From positions 5,620-69,619 of IMG/VR virus record IMGVR_UViG_3300047509_000085: a stretch of DNA of 64,000 nt. One strand, given 5' to 3'. The position numbers and the translations under genes were made by a program. Shown piece after piece: positions 40,384 through 49,486 of this stretch. The notes beneath the pieces are model-generated. The model was given only the letters and a program-made list of their open reading frames with translations. It ran no database searches and had not been told where the DNA came from. The stretch's first letter is position 1, and the number at the start of each line of letters is the position of its first letter. This stretch comes from a virus.

Positions 40384-41157
40384 ATGAGCGGCACCACATT
40401 CCCCTCCGACATCGGTGACTTCGACATCGGCCTCTCGCCCATCGGCGCCGCCGTGCCAGGCGGGACCAACCTGTTCGGGCCGCCGCTGTCCGACATGATG
40501 GTCGACATAATGGAAAGGGTCGGCATCGATCTGGCGAAGGTCGAAACGCGCCATGTAATTAGTTGCAGACGTAGTATGAATCTGGTCCAGTCGGATCTTG
40601 CCAACATAGGCATCAATGCATGGACCGTGCGGCTGTTCTCCACGGTGCTTGTGCAGGGGCAGGCTGCCTACCCGGTAGCCGCCGGCACGATCGATCTCTT
40701 GGACGCTTATTTGACGCTTCCCGGAACCGGCGGCGGCAATGTGCCGGTCGATATCGGTATGGCGAAGCTATCGCGCTCTGATTACGCGAATATCCCCCAG
40801 AAATTACAGGCTGGCCGCCCCACGAGTTTGTTCTACTTTGACGCTCCGTCTCGTGGTCCAAAGGCTGTCTACACATGGCCAGTTGCGGACGGTAACGGGC
40901 CATACATCCTCAACTGGTACGGCTTTATGCAGATGTATCAGGCCGATCCCATGTCGGGCGCCATCGCTGATGTGCCGGCGCGGTTCTATCGGGCCTATGT
41001 AAGTGCGGTTTCTGCCGACTTGTCGCTAAAATACGCTCCCGAAAAATACCAGATGCTCGCTGGCATTGCCGCCGATAGCATGCAGCGCGCGGCCGATGGG
41101 GACACTGAGAAGGTCAACCTCAATCTGGCGCCGTCGCTCGATGATTACTTCAGGTGA
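40384..41157 (+). CDS. head-tail adaptor/tail protein
   Basis: RRSMNL...GINAWTV...SRSDYANIPQK...GRPT...WPV. Confidence 0.7.
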   Translation: MSGTTFPSDIGDFDIGLSPIGAAVPGGTNLFGPPLSDMMVDIMERVGIDLAKVETRHVISCRRSMNLVQSDLANIGINAWTVRLFSTVLVQGQAAYPVAAGTIDLLDAYLTLPGTGGGNVPVDIGMAKLSRSDYANIPQKLQAGRPTSLFYFDAPSRGPKAVYTWPVADGNGPYILNWYGFMQMYQADPMSGAIADVPARFYRAYVSAVSADLSLKYAPEKYQMLAGIAADSMQRAADGDTEKVNLNLAPSLDDYFR

Positions 41158-41163
41158 TGCGCG

Positions 41164-41925
41164 ATGCAGTACCCTGATGTCCTCGCCGCTGTGCAGATTT
41201 ACTGCCAGCAAGTAGCTCCCAATACGGGGATTGATTTCGCCGCCATCACGCCGGTTCTGCTGAACGCAGCGGAACTGCGCATCTACCGGGACATGCCGCT
41301 GCTCGCGGCCGAGGGGCAGAACACGACCTTGATATGTGTGCCCGGCAATCCTCTGTTGTCGCTTGCCGCGTTGCCGGGTCAGGTGACGGCGCCTGTGGTA
41401 CTGCAAGGTGGCGCGCTGGCATATCCCAACCCCCTCACCGTGCGCCGTGTCGCGCTGCTGGTACCCGGCATTCCGCCCGCGCTCAATGGCTGGGTGGAGT
41501 TCCTGCGAGTCAGCCTCGACCTGTTGCAGAACATCTGGCCACAACCGACCGAGGTGCAGGTGCCGGTCATCGGCAGTTCCTACTGGGCCATGCAGGACGA
41601 CGTTTCAATCTATGTGGCCCCCACGCCACCGCAACCCTATCAGGTCCGCGTCATCGGCCTGTGGCGGCCCGCGCCAATGTCCGGGACTAACCCCGAGACG
41701 TATCTGGGGGACGTGCTGCCCGATCTCCTGGTCGCGAGTCTGATGCTTGAGGCAAGTGGCTACATGCAAAACTATGGCTCGCAGGCTGATGATCCCAAGA
41801 TGGCGGTATCTTGGCTGCAAATGTACCAATCGAAGCTGGAAGCGGCGAAGCGCGAAGAACGAATGCGCCGCGGCCTCGCCCCGGAACCGCCAGCACCGCA
41901 AGCCGCAGCGGCAGGAGCGCCGTAA
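41164..41925 (+). CDS. head-tail adaptor protein
   Basis: AELRIYRD...VAPTP...PDLLVASLMLEA. Confidence 0.65.
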   Translation: MQYPDVLAAVQIYCQQVAPNTGIDFAAITPVLLNAAELRIYRDMPLLAAEGQNTTLICVPGNPLLSLAALPGQVTAPVVLQGGALAYPNPLTVRRVALLVPGIPPALNGWVEFLRVSLDLLQNIWPQPTEVQVPVIGSSYWAMQDDVSIYVAPTPPQPYQVRVIGLWRPAPMSGTNPETYLGDVLPDLLVASLMLEASGYMQNYGSQADDPKMAVSWLQMYQSKLEAAKREERMRRGLAPEPPAPQAAAAGAP

Positions 41926-41928
41926 GTC

Positions 41929-42972
41929 ATGGCAACGACCTTCACGCCGATCAGCCGAAGTATCGTGATTCAAAGTCTTGATCCCGCCTGGCGTAATCGC
42001 TGGGGCGGCAGCGACGCGGTTGACGCATGGCCGGTGCTGCTGGAGCAAGTCGCGGCCGGCATCACCATCATCCCGATTGGCGGCCTTACCGCGAAAACAC
42101 TGTCCGTCGCCAACAACGCGCCGGACCAGTCGCGGGCGAACCTGTTGCAGTTCAACGGTGCGCTCACCGGCGACTGCACCGTCACCATACCCGGCATTGC
42201 GCGCACCGGCTGGGCGGCGAACTTCACCTCTGGCGGCCACAACGTCATCCTGACGACCGGCGCCGGGCTCAGGCTGACGATGGGCGCCGGCACCTACCGC
42301 TATCGCTGCGACGGCGTGAACGTCGTGTCGGATGGCATGGGGCCAGTGCCGGTCAGCGCCACCACCGTCACCGGCACCACTGGGACGTTCTCCGGCAACA
42401 TCAGCAGCGGCAGCGCAAACCCGACGGCGACCGCGACAAACGGCGCGCTGATAACGCCAGCCGGTGGCGTGTCGATCTACACGGCCGGCTTCCAGGCGCT
42501 CACCATCGGCACCGGCAACGGCGCCGCCGTGGGGTTCCAGTTCGGGCTCACGCCGGTCGGCTCGATCACCACCAACAGCACCACCACGTTTTTCAACACC
42601 GCCTCTGATGCGCGGCTGAAGGTGACTTACGGCCCGGCCGACTGCGGCGCGCTGATCGACGCGGTGTCGGTGTGGGACGCGGCATTCAAGGCAACGCCGG
42701 ACCAGCGCCGCCCGATGGTGCTGGCACACGAGCTACAGGCTGTCTGTCCGTGGGCAGTAACGGGAGAGCGGTACGCAGTAGACATCACCGGAGACGTGCT
42801 GCCGCAGATGGTGGATCACAGCATGCTTGTTCCCATGCTGCTCGCCGAGATCAAGGCATTGCGGGCGCGCGTTGCGGCCCTGGAAGGCGTCCAGCCGGCT
42901 GCCGATACCGCCCATCCGAACATCCGCGCACTGGCGGCCGAAATCGCCAAGACGCAGGACCGGACGCGGTAG
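41929..42972 (+). CDS. tail fibre with a C-terminal S74-type intramolecular chaperone
   Basis: SDARLK...AHELQAVCPWAV...VDHSMLVPMLLAEIKAL. Confidence 0.8.
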   Translation: MATTFTPISRSIVIQSLDPAWRNRWGGSDAVDAWPVLLEQVAAGITIIPIGGLTAKTLSVANNAPDQSRANLLQFNGALTGDCTVTIPGIARTGWAANFTSGGHNVILTTGAGLRLTMGAGTYRYRCDGVNVVSDGMGPVPVSATTVTGTTGTFSGNISSGSANPTATATNGALITPAGGVSIYTAGFQALTIGTGNGAAVGFQFGLTPVGSITTNSTTTFFNTASDARLKVTYGPADCGALIDAVSVWDAAFKATPDQRRPMVLAHELQAVCPWAVTGERYAVDITGDVLPQMVDHSMLVPMLLAEIKALRARVAALEGVQPAADTAHPNIRALAAEIAKTQDRTR

Positions 42973-42974
42973 CC

Positions 42975-45047
42975 ATGCCGACCAGAAGGATGGTGGTGAC
43001 GCCAGGCGTGAACCTGGAGAAGACGCCGACCTTGAACAGTGGCGGATTGTCCGATGGTAATTTGATCCGCTTTTTTGCGAAGTTGGTCGAAAAGTTAGGA
43101 GGCTGGCAGCGTCTCACCAACCAGCTATTCGTCGGTACCGCGCGCTCACTTTTCGGCTGGGGCGCATTCGACGGGGTGCCTTATCTCGCCATCGGCACCG
43201 AACAACGCCTCGAAATCTTCGCCGGCGGCACGCTGTCCGACATCACACCCGTCATCGCCACCACCAACCCAGCCGTTTCGTTCTCGACCGTGCTCGGGTC
43301 CTCCATCGTCACGATCCAGGATCCCGTGGTCTCGCCTGGCATCGGCGACTGGATCCAGCTTGTTAACCGCGTCTCCGTCGGGGGCGTTGTGCTGCAAGGC
43401 TTCTACAAGGTTGTCGCCATCGTCGACGGCACGCACTACACAGTCGATGCTGGCACCGGAAACCTCGCCAACATCGCGGTCGTCGGCGGTGGCGTCACGG
43501 TGAATTATATCACCACCAACGGCTCCGCGACCGTTACCGTGCAGCTTCCGAACCACGGTTTTGCTGTCGGCGACCTGTTCAAGACGGGGCTTCCCACGAC
43601 CGCCGCCGGCATCCTCATAGACGGTATTTACAGCGTGGTATCCGTTCTTCCGACCGTAGGGCCGCCGGATCAATTCACCATCATCGCCGGGACGGCGGCC
43701 AACGCCAGCGGGATTTTCCCCTCGAACGGCGGCAACGCCCGCATCCAGTACCTGCTGCCGTCGGGCGTCGCCGTGAACACGCCTGGCGGCGGATGGGGTT
43801 CGGGGGACTGGGGCGCGTTCGACTGGGGCGGTGCCAATGACGGAACCAACGGCGGCCCCGGCGTGCCGTCGGTCATCCACCTGCGCAACTGGTCGCTCGA
43901 TCATTGGGGCGAGGACCTGATCGCCTCGCCATGCGACGGCAAAATCTACACATGGTCGCCGCCGACCATAGTGCCGGCCGCGGTGCTGGCCGGAGCGCCC
44001 GTCATCAACGAGTTCGTCTTCGCCCTCGCGCAGGCGCAGATCCTGGTGGCCTGCGGCACCGAGACCGGCGGCGTGAAGTTTCCGACGCTGATCCGCTGGT
44101 GCGACTCGGGCAACCGCACCGCTTGGGTCGCCAGCGCCATCAACCAGGCGGGCAGCTTCCAGTTGCCGTCGGGGTCCAGGATCGTCGCGGGCCTGACCGT
44201 CGGGCTCGGCGCGCTGATCTGGACCGACGCCGATCTGTGGTCGATGGTCTACCAGGGCCTGCCGTTCGTATTCGGGTTCAACCGCATCGCGGTGAACTGC
44301 GAGGCGATCAGCGTCAAGGCGCCGCTGGTGGTCGGCGGCAGCGTCGTGTGGCCGTCCGATCGCGGGTTCTTCCGCTATGACGGCGGCGGCGTGTCGCCGC
44401 TGGATTGCACGGTCTACGATTTTTTCTTTGACAACCTCGACGAAAACCAGACCGAGCAGGTGTTTGGCGCGCTCAACACGCTGTTCAACGAGGCAGCGTG
44501 GGGGTTCCCGGTCAGCACATCATCGCCACTTTATGACCCGGCCATCGGTAGCATGGCGTTCGTGAAGTGGAATTTTTCAGAAAACTCATGGGACAAAATC
44601 TACAGCGCGCAATACCAGCGTTCGGCATGGACGGACCACTCGCCGGTCGGCAATCCTATTGGCGCGGACTTTGCCGGGCTGCTGCAAGAGCACGAACGCG
44701 GCGCGGATGCCGACGGAGACCCGATGGTATGGTTCTGGCGGACGGGCGATTCTGACCTGGGTGAGTCCGGAGATTTTGCTCGCCTCGACCGTATCGCGCC
44801 TGATTTTGTGACGAAGCTGGAAGGCGGGGCAACGACCGTTCAGACGCGGATTACCGTGCTAGGACGCGATTTTGCGAACCAGCCCTACAGTCACTATGGG
44901 CCTTTCACGGTTACATCCGAAAGCCCCATGATCAACTGCAATATTCGGAACCGGCAGATCGCGTTGGAGGTGGGCGGCAGCGATCGTGGCACGTCAGAAA
45001 GATTAGGGGCGTTTAATCTGCGGATAGCATCGGCCGGACGCCGATGA
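42975..45047 (+). CDS. tail nozzle/packaged-DNA stabilisation protein
   Basis: size, beta-propeller character, EKLGGW, WSLDHWGEDLIA, IRWCD. Confidence 0.75.
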   Translation: MPTRRMVVTPGVNLEKTPTLNSGGLSDGNLIRFFAKLVEKLGGWQRLTNQLFVGTARSLFGWGAFDGVPYLAIGTEQRLEIFAGGTLSDITPVIATTNPAVSFSTVLGSSIVTIQDPVVSPGIGDWIQLVNRVSVGGVVLQGFYKVVAIVDGTHYTVDAGTGNLANIAVVGGGVTVNYITTNGSATVTVQLPNHGFAVGDLFKTGLPTTAAGILIDGIYSVVSVLPTVGPPDQFTIIAGTAANASGIFPSNGGNARIQYLLPSGVAVNTPGGGWGSGDWGAFDWGGANDGTNGGPGVPSVIHLRNWSLDHWGEDLIASPCDGKIYTWSPPTIVPAAVLAGAPVINEFVFALAQAQILVACGTETGGVKFPTLIRWCDSGNRTAWVASAINQAGSFQLPSGSRIVAGLTVGLGALIWTDADLWSMVYQGLPFVFGFNRIAVNCEAISVKAPLVVGGSVVWPSDRGFFRYDGGGVSPLDCTVYDFFFDNLDENQTEQVFGALNTLFNEAAWGFPVSTSSPLYDPAIGSMAFVKWNFSENSWDKIYSAQYQRSAWTDHSPVGNPIGADFAGLLQEHERGADADGDPMVWFWRTGDSDLGESGDFARLDRIAPDFVTKLEGGATTVQTRITVLGRDFANQPYSHYGPFTVTSESPMINCNIRNRQIALEVGGSDRGTSERLGAFNLRIASAGRR

Positions 45048-45059
45048 TATACTTTTGAT

Positions 45060-45776
45060 ATGGCAGAGGAAATCTGGCGGCCAGTCCCCGGTTTTGAAAG
45101 CTACTACGAGGTCAGCGATCTTGGCCGCGTGAAGTCATGCGCCCGCTCTGTGCTCCGTGTGCGTCAGGGGGTTGACGGCGAACTGAAGATACCTGAACGC
45201 ATTCTAAAACCACGCAAAAGTGGGAGTGGGTATTTTTCAGTCCACCTTTACAAGGACGGGTTGGGTAAGAATCACGATTTACATAGGCTAGTCCTCTTAG
45301 CGTTTATGGGCCATTCACATGCCGGAGAAGAGGGTTGCCATAACGATAGGGATAAGTCGAATAACCGCCTTAGCAATCTACGATACGACACGCCCAAGAA
45401 CAACCATGCCGATAAGTACAGGCATGGCACCGCGCTCTTTGGAGAGAAGAACCATCTCGCTGGCCTCAACGATGAGGTTGTTATGGCGATTCGCGCATTA
45501 AAGGGTCGCAAGACCATGAAAGAAATTGGTGAAATGTTTGGCGTAAGACCGCTGAATATTGCAAATATTTTGGCGGGGAGAACGTGGTCTCATCTTGGCG
45601 GCTTCGGGCCGCCGCCTAAACGATGGAAGATTTCAGACGAGCAGGCAGAGGCGATCAGGCAACTCACCGGCAAAGAAGTGCGTAGCGTGACGGCCAAGAG
45701 GTATGGCGTCACTAAAAGCTGCATCCAGCACATCCAACATGGTCGTGTCCGAATGCCGCCGGCTCAGGTGCCATGA
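45060..45776 (+). CDS. NUMOD4-HNH homing endonuclease
   Basis: EIWRPVPGFESYYEVSDLGRVKS...LHRLVLLAF...CHNDRDKSNNRLSNL. Confidence 0.9.
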   Translation: MAEEIWRPVPGFESYYEVSDLGRVKSCARSVLRVRQGVDGELKIPERILKPRKSGSGYFSVHLYKDGLGKNHDLHRLVLLAFMGHSHAGEEGCHNDRDKSNNRLSNLRYDTPKNNHADKYRHGTALFGEKNHLAGLNDEVVMAIRALKGRKTMKEIGEMFGVRPLNIANILAGRTWSHLGGFGPPPKRWKISDEQAEAIRQLTGKEVRSVTAKRYGVTKSCIQHIQHGRVRMPPAQVP

Positions 45777-46015
45777 GTGGCACTTTTGGAGGGGCGGCGG
45801 CTGGCGTTGGCGACGTAGGCCGCATCGTCGATGCGTTGCAGCAGATGATCAAGCTGCAAGGGTTGGTCTACCAGTTGCTGCTCACCGGGCCGTCCACGGT
45901 GACGGTGCGGCCGTTGCTGACGGCAGCGGCGAATGATGCGGCAGCGGCTGCGGCGGGTGTCGCCATTGGCGGGCTTTACCAGAACGCGGGTGCAGTTCGT
46001 CAGAGATTGGTGTAG
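45773..46015 (+). CDS. small virion-module protein
   Basis: coupled start; ANDAAAAAAGVAIGGLY. Confidence 0.55.
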   Translation: MSGTFGGAAAGVGDVGRIVDALQQMIKLQGLVYQLLLTGPSTVTVRPLLTAAANDAAAAAAGVAIGGLYQNAGAVRQRLV

Positions 46016-46027
46016 GGTATTGATCTT

Positions 46028-46372
46028 GTGCAATTCATTCCCGCCATAGATGACCTTCTGACCGTCTCGCTGCCCGGTGAAATCCTGCGGATGCCGGTCA
46101 TCCGTGTCGTCGACCGCGATACCGTGTTCTGCGAACTGGATGGCAATCCGCTCAATCCCTCGAAGCAGCACAGTTACCGCAAGGGTGACGTGGTTGCCGT
46201 GCGCCGCAGGAAAGGCGCGCTTGGCGAGACCTGGCAGGCGGTGGACGACCGGGTGCTCTACGCGCGCCAGCCCGAGGAGACCGAGCCGCCACTGCCGCCA
46301 AAGCGCAAGACGCGGGCGAAGGTGAAGGCGAAGCCGACGGTGGTGAAGCGGAAAGCGAAGGGACGACGCTGA
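46028..46372 (+). CDS. hypothetical protein
   Basis: operon packing. Confidence 0.6.
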   Translation: MQFIPAIDDLLTVSLPGEILRMPVIRVVDRDTVFCELDGNPLNPSKQHSYRKGDVVAVRRRKGALGETWQAVDDRVLYARQPEETEPPLPPKRKTRAKVKAKPTVVKRKAKGRR

Positions 46373-47448
46373 TGCCGAGCACGAGTCAGGCACAACATCG
46401 GTTCATGGAAGCCATCGCCCACAACTCGGCGTTCGCCAAGAAGGCCGGAGTTCCGCAGCGCGTCGGCAAGGATTTCGCCGCAGCGGACCTGAAGGCAGGC
46501 ATCACCAAGACGCACAACGGCAAGCCGATCAAGCGGGCGGACGGCGGCAGCGTCGACGATCCGAACGCCATCGGCGGCATTGCTCCCACGCAGGCAACCG
46601 CCTCGCCGCAGGTGCAGGACATGATGCAGCGGTTCGCCGGCATGCCCGCCGAGCAACTGCAAGAGGCGGTGATCCGCATGGGGCCGACCTCGCCGATGGG
46701 TGCGCTCGCATCGCGCGTGCTCGCGCAGAAGCGGATGATGCCGACCAGCCAGCAACAGGGATTCGCCAACCCTGGCCAGCGTGGAATGCCGCGCGCACCG
46801 ACACCCGCCGCGCAACCGAACCTGCAACCAGGCGCCACCGCCGAGCAGCAGACCGGCCAGGGGCTCGCCAAGTCGCTCGGGCAGATCATGGGGAACGACA
46901 CGGAGACGCCAGCCACGCAGCCGCAGGGGTTCGCGCTGGGCGGGATGCCCATGATGTCGATGTCGCAGGCCGATCCGCCATGGTCGCGCGGGGCGTCCCG
47001 GTCGATGGGCGCTCCGATGCCGACGCGCGGGTTCCTGGCAGGGCCGACGCCAGGACGCGCCGATGCTATCCGTGGTGCGCCGGCTGTTGGTTCCTACGTG
47101 CTCCCGGCCGATATTGTTTCGCACTTCGGGTCCGGCAGTAGTCTCGCAGGTGCACACGCGCTATCGGCAGCGTTCTCCAGCGGACCCTATGGTACGTCGA
47201 TCCCGCATGGTGGCGGACGTGGGCCGCCTCGCGCACCGGCTCCGTTCCACATGACGCGAGGCGGAGCGACGGACACCGTGCCGGTTGAACTTTCGGATGG
47301 CGAGTACGTCATCCCGCCGGAGATCGTAAGCCAGATCGGGCACGGCGATGTGTCCCGAGGTCACAAAGTGCTCGATAAGTTCGTGGAACATACGCGCAAG
47401 AAACTTATATCGACCTTGAAGAAATTACCGGGACCAGTTCGCTCATGA
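46372..47448 (+). CDS. probable internal virion protein with GG motifs
   Basis: MPSTSQAQHRFM, RADGGSV, GRADAI...YVLPADIVS, LSDGEYVIPPE. Confidence 0.7.
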   Translation: MPSTSQAQHRFMEAIAHNSAFAKKAGVPQRVGKDFAAADLKAGITKTHNGKPIKRADGGSVDDPNAIGGIAPTQATASPQVQDMMQRFAGMPAEQLQEAVIRMGPTSPMGALASRVLAQKRMMPTSQQQGFANPGQRGMPRAPTPAAQPNLQPGATAEQQTGQGLAKSLGQIMGNDTETPATQPQGFALGGMPMMSMSQADPPWSRGASRSMGAPMPTRGFLAGPTPGRADAIRGAPAVGSYVLPADIVSHFGSGSSLAGAHALSAAFSSGPYGTSIPHGGGRGPPRAPAPFHMTRGGATDTVPVELSDGEYVIPPEIVSQIGHGDVSRGHKVLDKFVEHTRKKLISTLKKLPGPVRS

Positions 47449-47984
47449 TCGAAAACCCACAGGGCATCCGCAAGGCTGGCATCCATGATTTGCTGCCGCT
47501 GATCGGATCGGCCTCCATCATCCTTGGCGAAAGTGCGCTGCAAGCGTTGTCGCCAGAGAAAGTCGCGGCCCTGGTACAGAGATGCGTGGAGTTTGATCGC
47601 GCGCTAGCGGGTATCATTTCCGGACCAACAGGCATCGAAGCATCAATCGGTCTTGTGATTGAATCCTTCGATTATAGCGACGAGCAACATCTGAGCGTGA
47701 AGTGGCTCGGGGTTCATCCAGAATTTCAGCGGAAGAATCATGGTGCCACGCTGATGAGCTTCGCCAAGTGGGCGCAGGAAATGGTCGGCGTTCCGTTGTT
47801 CATGGGCCTCTCTACGCTCGAAGCGCTGCAAGCGAAGCTGCACTTGTTCGTAAGAAGCGCGCCGCAGGTCGGAGCGCTGTTCTCTTTCGGAGGAGCGCCG
47901 CACGGGGCGTTTAACCAACGCGCTCCGGGGCATGATCCGTTCATGGAACACAAGAAGTCGCGTGCCAGACCGCAAGCCGCCTAG
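47445..47984 (+). CDS. GNAT-fold acetyltransferase-like protein
   Basis: WLGVHPEFQRKNHGATLMSFAK (motif A). Confidence 0.7.
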   Translation: MIENPQGIRKAGIHDLLPLIGSASIILGESALQALSPEKVAALVQRCVEFDRALAGIISGPTGIEASIGLVIESFDYSDEQHLSVKWLGVHPEFQRKNHGATLMSFAKWAQEMVGVPLFMGLSTLEALQAKLHLFVRSAPQVGALFSFGGAPHGAFNQRAPGHDPFMEHKKSRARPQAA

Positions 47985-48435
47985 CTTCCCGGCCGGCGTT
48001 CGCTTCTGCCAAGAGGGCGATTGCCCAGCGTTGTTCGACATTTTCATGGAAGCGCATCGGCTTGGCGGCTGGATGAACGTCAACGAGGATATTGTCCGTG
48101 ACGTGATTGCCCGCGCGACTAGGCGAGACACATTCGCCATTGCGGTCATTCCTGGGCCAACGTGCGTTGAAGGTGTTATCGCTTTTCAGCCGGTCAGGCA
48201 ATGGTACGGGAACCAAGATAGCTGGTATTGGAGCGAGCTTTTGCTATTTGTCAGGGTAGAATACCGAAAGTCTCGCCATGCTTGGAAGTTGCTGCAATTT
48301 GCTAAATGGTTCCAGCATGCAGTGAATGCGCCGGTGATGGTGTCTCTGATGCCAAAAGAGGATTTTGACAGAAAGGAACGCTTGCTGGGGCGCTTCGGTA
48401 AGCGCGTCGCCAGTAGCTTCCTGATCAATGTGTAA
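47932..48435 (+). CDS. GNAT-fold acetyltransferase-like protein (paralog of 47445)
   Basis: LFVRVEYRKSRHAWKLLQFAK; start uncertain; lower GC. Confidence 0.7.
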   Translation: MIRSWNTRSRVPDRKPPSFPAGVRFCQEGDCPALFDIFMEAHRLGGWMNVNEDIVRDVIARATRRDTFAIAVIPGPTCVEGVIAFQPVRQWYGNQDSWYWSELLLFVRVEYRKSRHAWKLLQFAKWFQHAVNAPVMVSLMPKEDFDRKERLLGRFGKRVASSFLINV

Positions 48436-48438
48436 AGC

Positions 48439-48655
48439 GGAGACGGCTGAGATAGCCGCCTCCTCCCTGCCTTACCGCACCACGGCTCGCCTCGCCCCGG
48501 CTAACCCAGCCTTGGCTTGCCACGCCGGACCTGACCAAGCCCGCCATGCCGCGCCACGCCTCACCATGCCAGTCCTAGCCCGGCCACGCCTCACATTGCC
48601 ATGCCTCGCCTCGCCCAGCCCGGCCTCACCGTGCCTTACCCCGCCTAGCCCTGCC
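48439..48655 (-). ncRNA. GGY-NN pentamer array with 3' hairpin (putative gapped guide RNA array)
   Basis: 37 pentamers plus one 4-nt unit from 48655 to 48467, 32 starting GGC/GGT; 10-bp hairpin 48439-48463; begins just after the stop of the RAMP-like gene. Confidence 0.85.
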
Positions 48656-48657
48656 TG

Positions 48658-49260
48658 TTACGCCACTTTACGCAGAGTTGGCTTCTTCCCAGCCAACTCC
48701 GCCCAACGAACCAAAGCAAAACGCCCAAACGGCCCACCGCGTTCTGGCCGATAGTCGCCAAGTCCTAACCGCTTGCCAGATTCTTCCAGTAACTGATGCA
48801 CCGTGTCGGACTCAATCATTGATAAATCTATGTCGATGTTAATGTCGGCGCCCCACGAATTTAGCCGTGGACGGTGACGCATGATCCTGCCCTTGGTGCT
48901 TGGAATGACCACTGGCCTTGAATCCACTTCAAAAGTGCGTAACGGGTTCCCGTCATCATCAATAAGACTGATTTCCTCATCCAACACGAGCACCGCTGCT
49001 GGGACAACAAACTTGAGGGACTTCCGACTGCCGCGCTGCTTGTGACTGCCGCCGGCCTCACGCAACATCCGAGCTACTGAACTTCCCGGAATAAACAGCG
49101 TTCCGTCTGTTCGCTGATAGGCAACTTTTGTCGCTTCCTCGCGCGGATCGCCACGTTTGATGTGGATGGCTCGCGTTGTTTCTTCGACCTCTGATGCCTC
49201 CGCCCAGCGGTGCATCAGCATTGCCGACGTGCCGGATATACTAGCTACGAAAATTGCCAT
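48658..49260 (-). CDS. stand-alone RAMP/Cas7-like RNA-binding protein (Vipr-like)
   Basis: N-terminal strand ISGTSAMLMH, LFIPGSSVARMLREA, C-terminal Gly-rich loop GLGDYRPERGGPFGRF; RBS upstream of ATG 49260; 200 aa. Confidence 0.8.
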   Translation of the reverse strand: MAIFVASISGTSAMLMHRWAEASEVEETTRAIHIKRGDPREEATKVAYQRTDGTLFIPGSSVARMLREAGGSHKQRGSRKSLKFVVPAAVLVLDEEISLIDDDGNPLRTFEVDSRPVVIPSTKGRIMRHRPRLNSWGADINIDIDLSMIESDTVHQLLEESGKRLGLGDYRPERGGPFGRFALVRWAELAGKKPTLRKVA

Positions 49261-49486
49261 GCCTCTTGTCCTTGTGCTTGGATTGATGCCACTGGACACA
49301 GACATGGATGCTGTATGATGTTCGATAAGCCATCGCGAGGTCTGATCTCCGGTGGTCAGGGTGGCCATCACCTCCGCACGAGGTGGTGGTCTCCCGCATC
49401 CTAGCATGACAATCGGCCACGTCTAGCCTATAGTGGCCTCATTCGATCATTCTCGCGCGTCGCGAGCCTCACGTGGAAGGCTCTAG

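Noticed and set aside
48467-48655. Canonical CRISPR array or simple microsatellite
   Set aside because: No 25-40 nt repeat/spacer structure; units vary at fixed positions rather than being slipped copies
48428-48754. 108-aa plus-strand ORF with Pro/Ala/Arg/Leu periodicity
   Set aside because: Translation artefact of the antisense pentamer array; overlaps the RAMP-like gene
49261-49407. 49-aa N-terminal extension of the RAMP-like ORF
   Set aside because: Covers the promoter and hairpin leader; RBS and fold start fit ATG 49260
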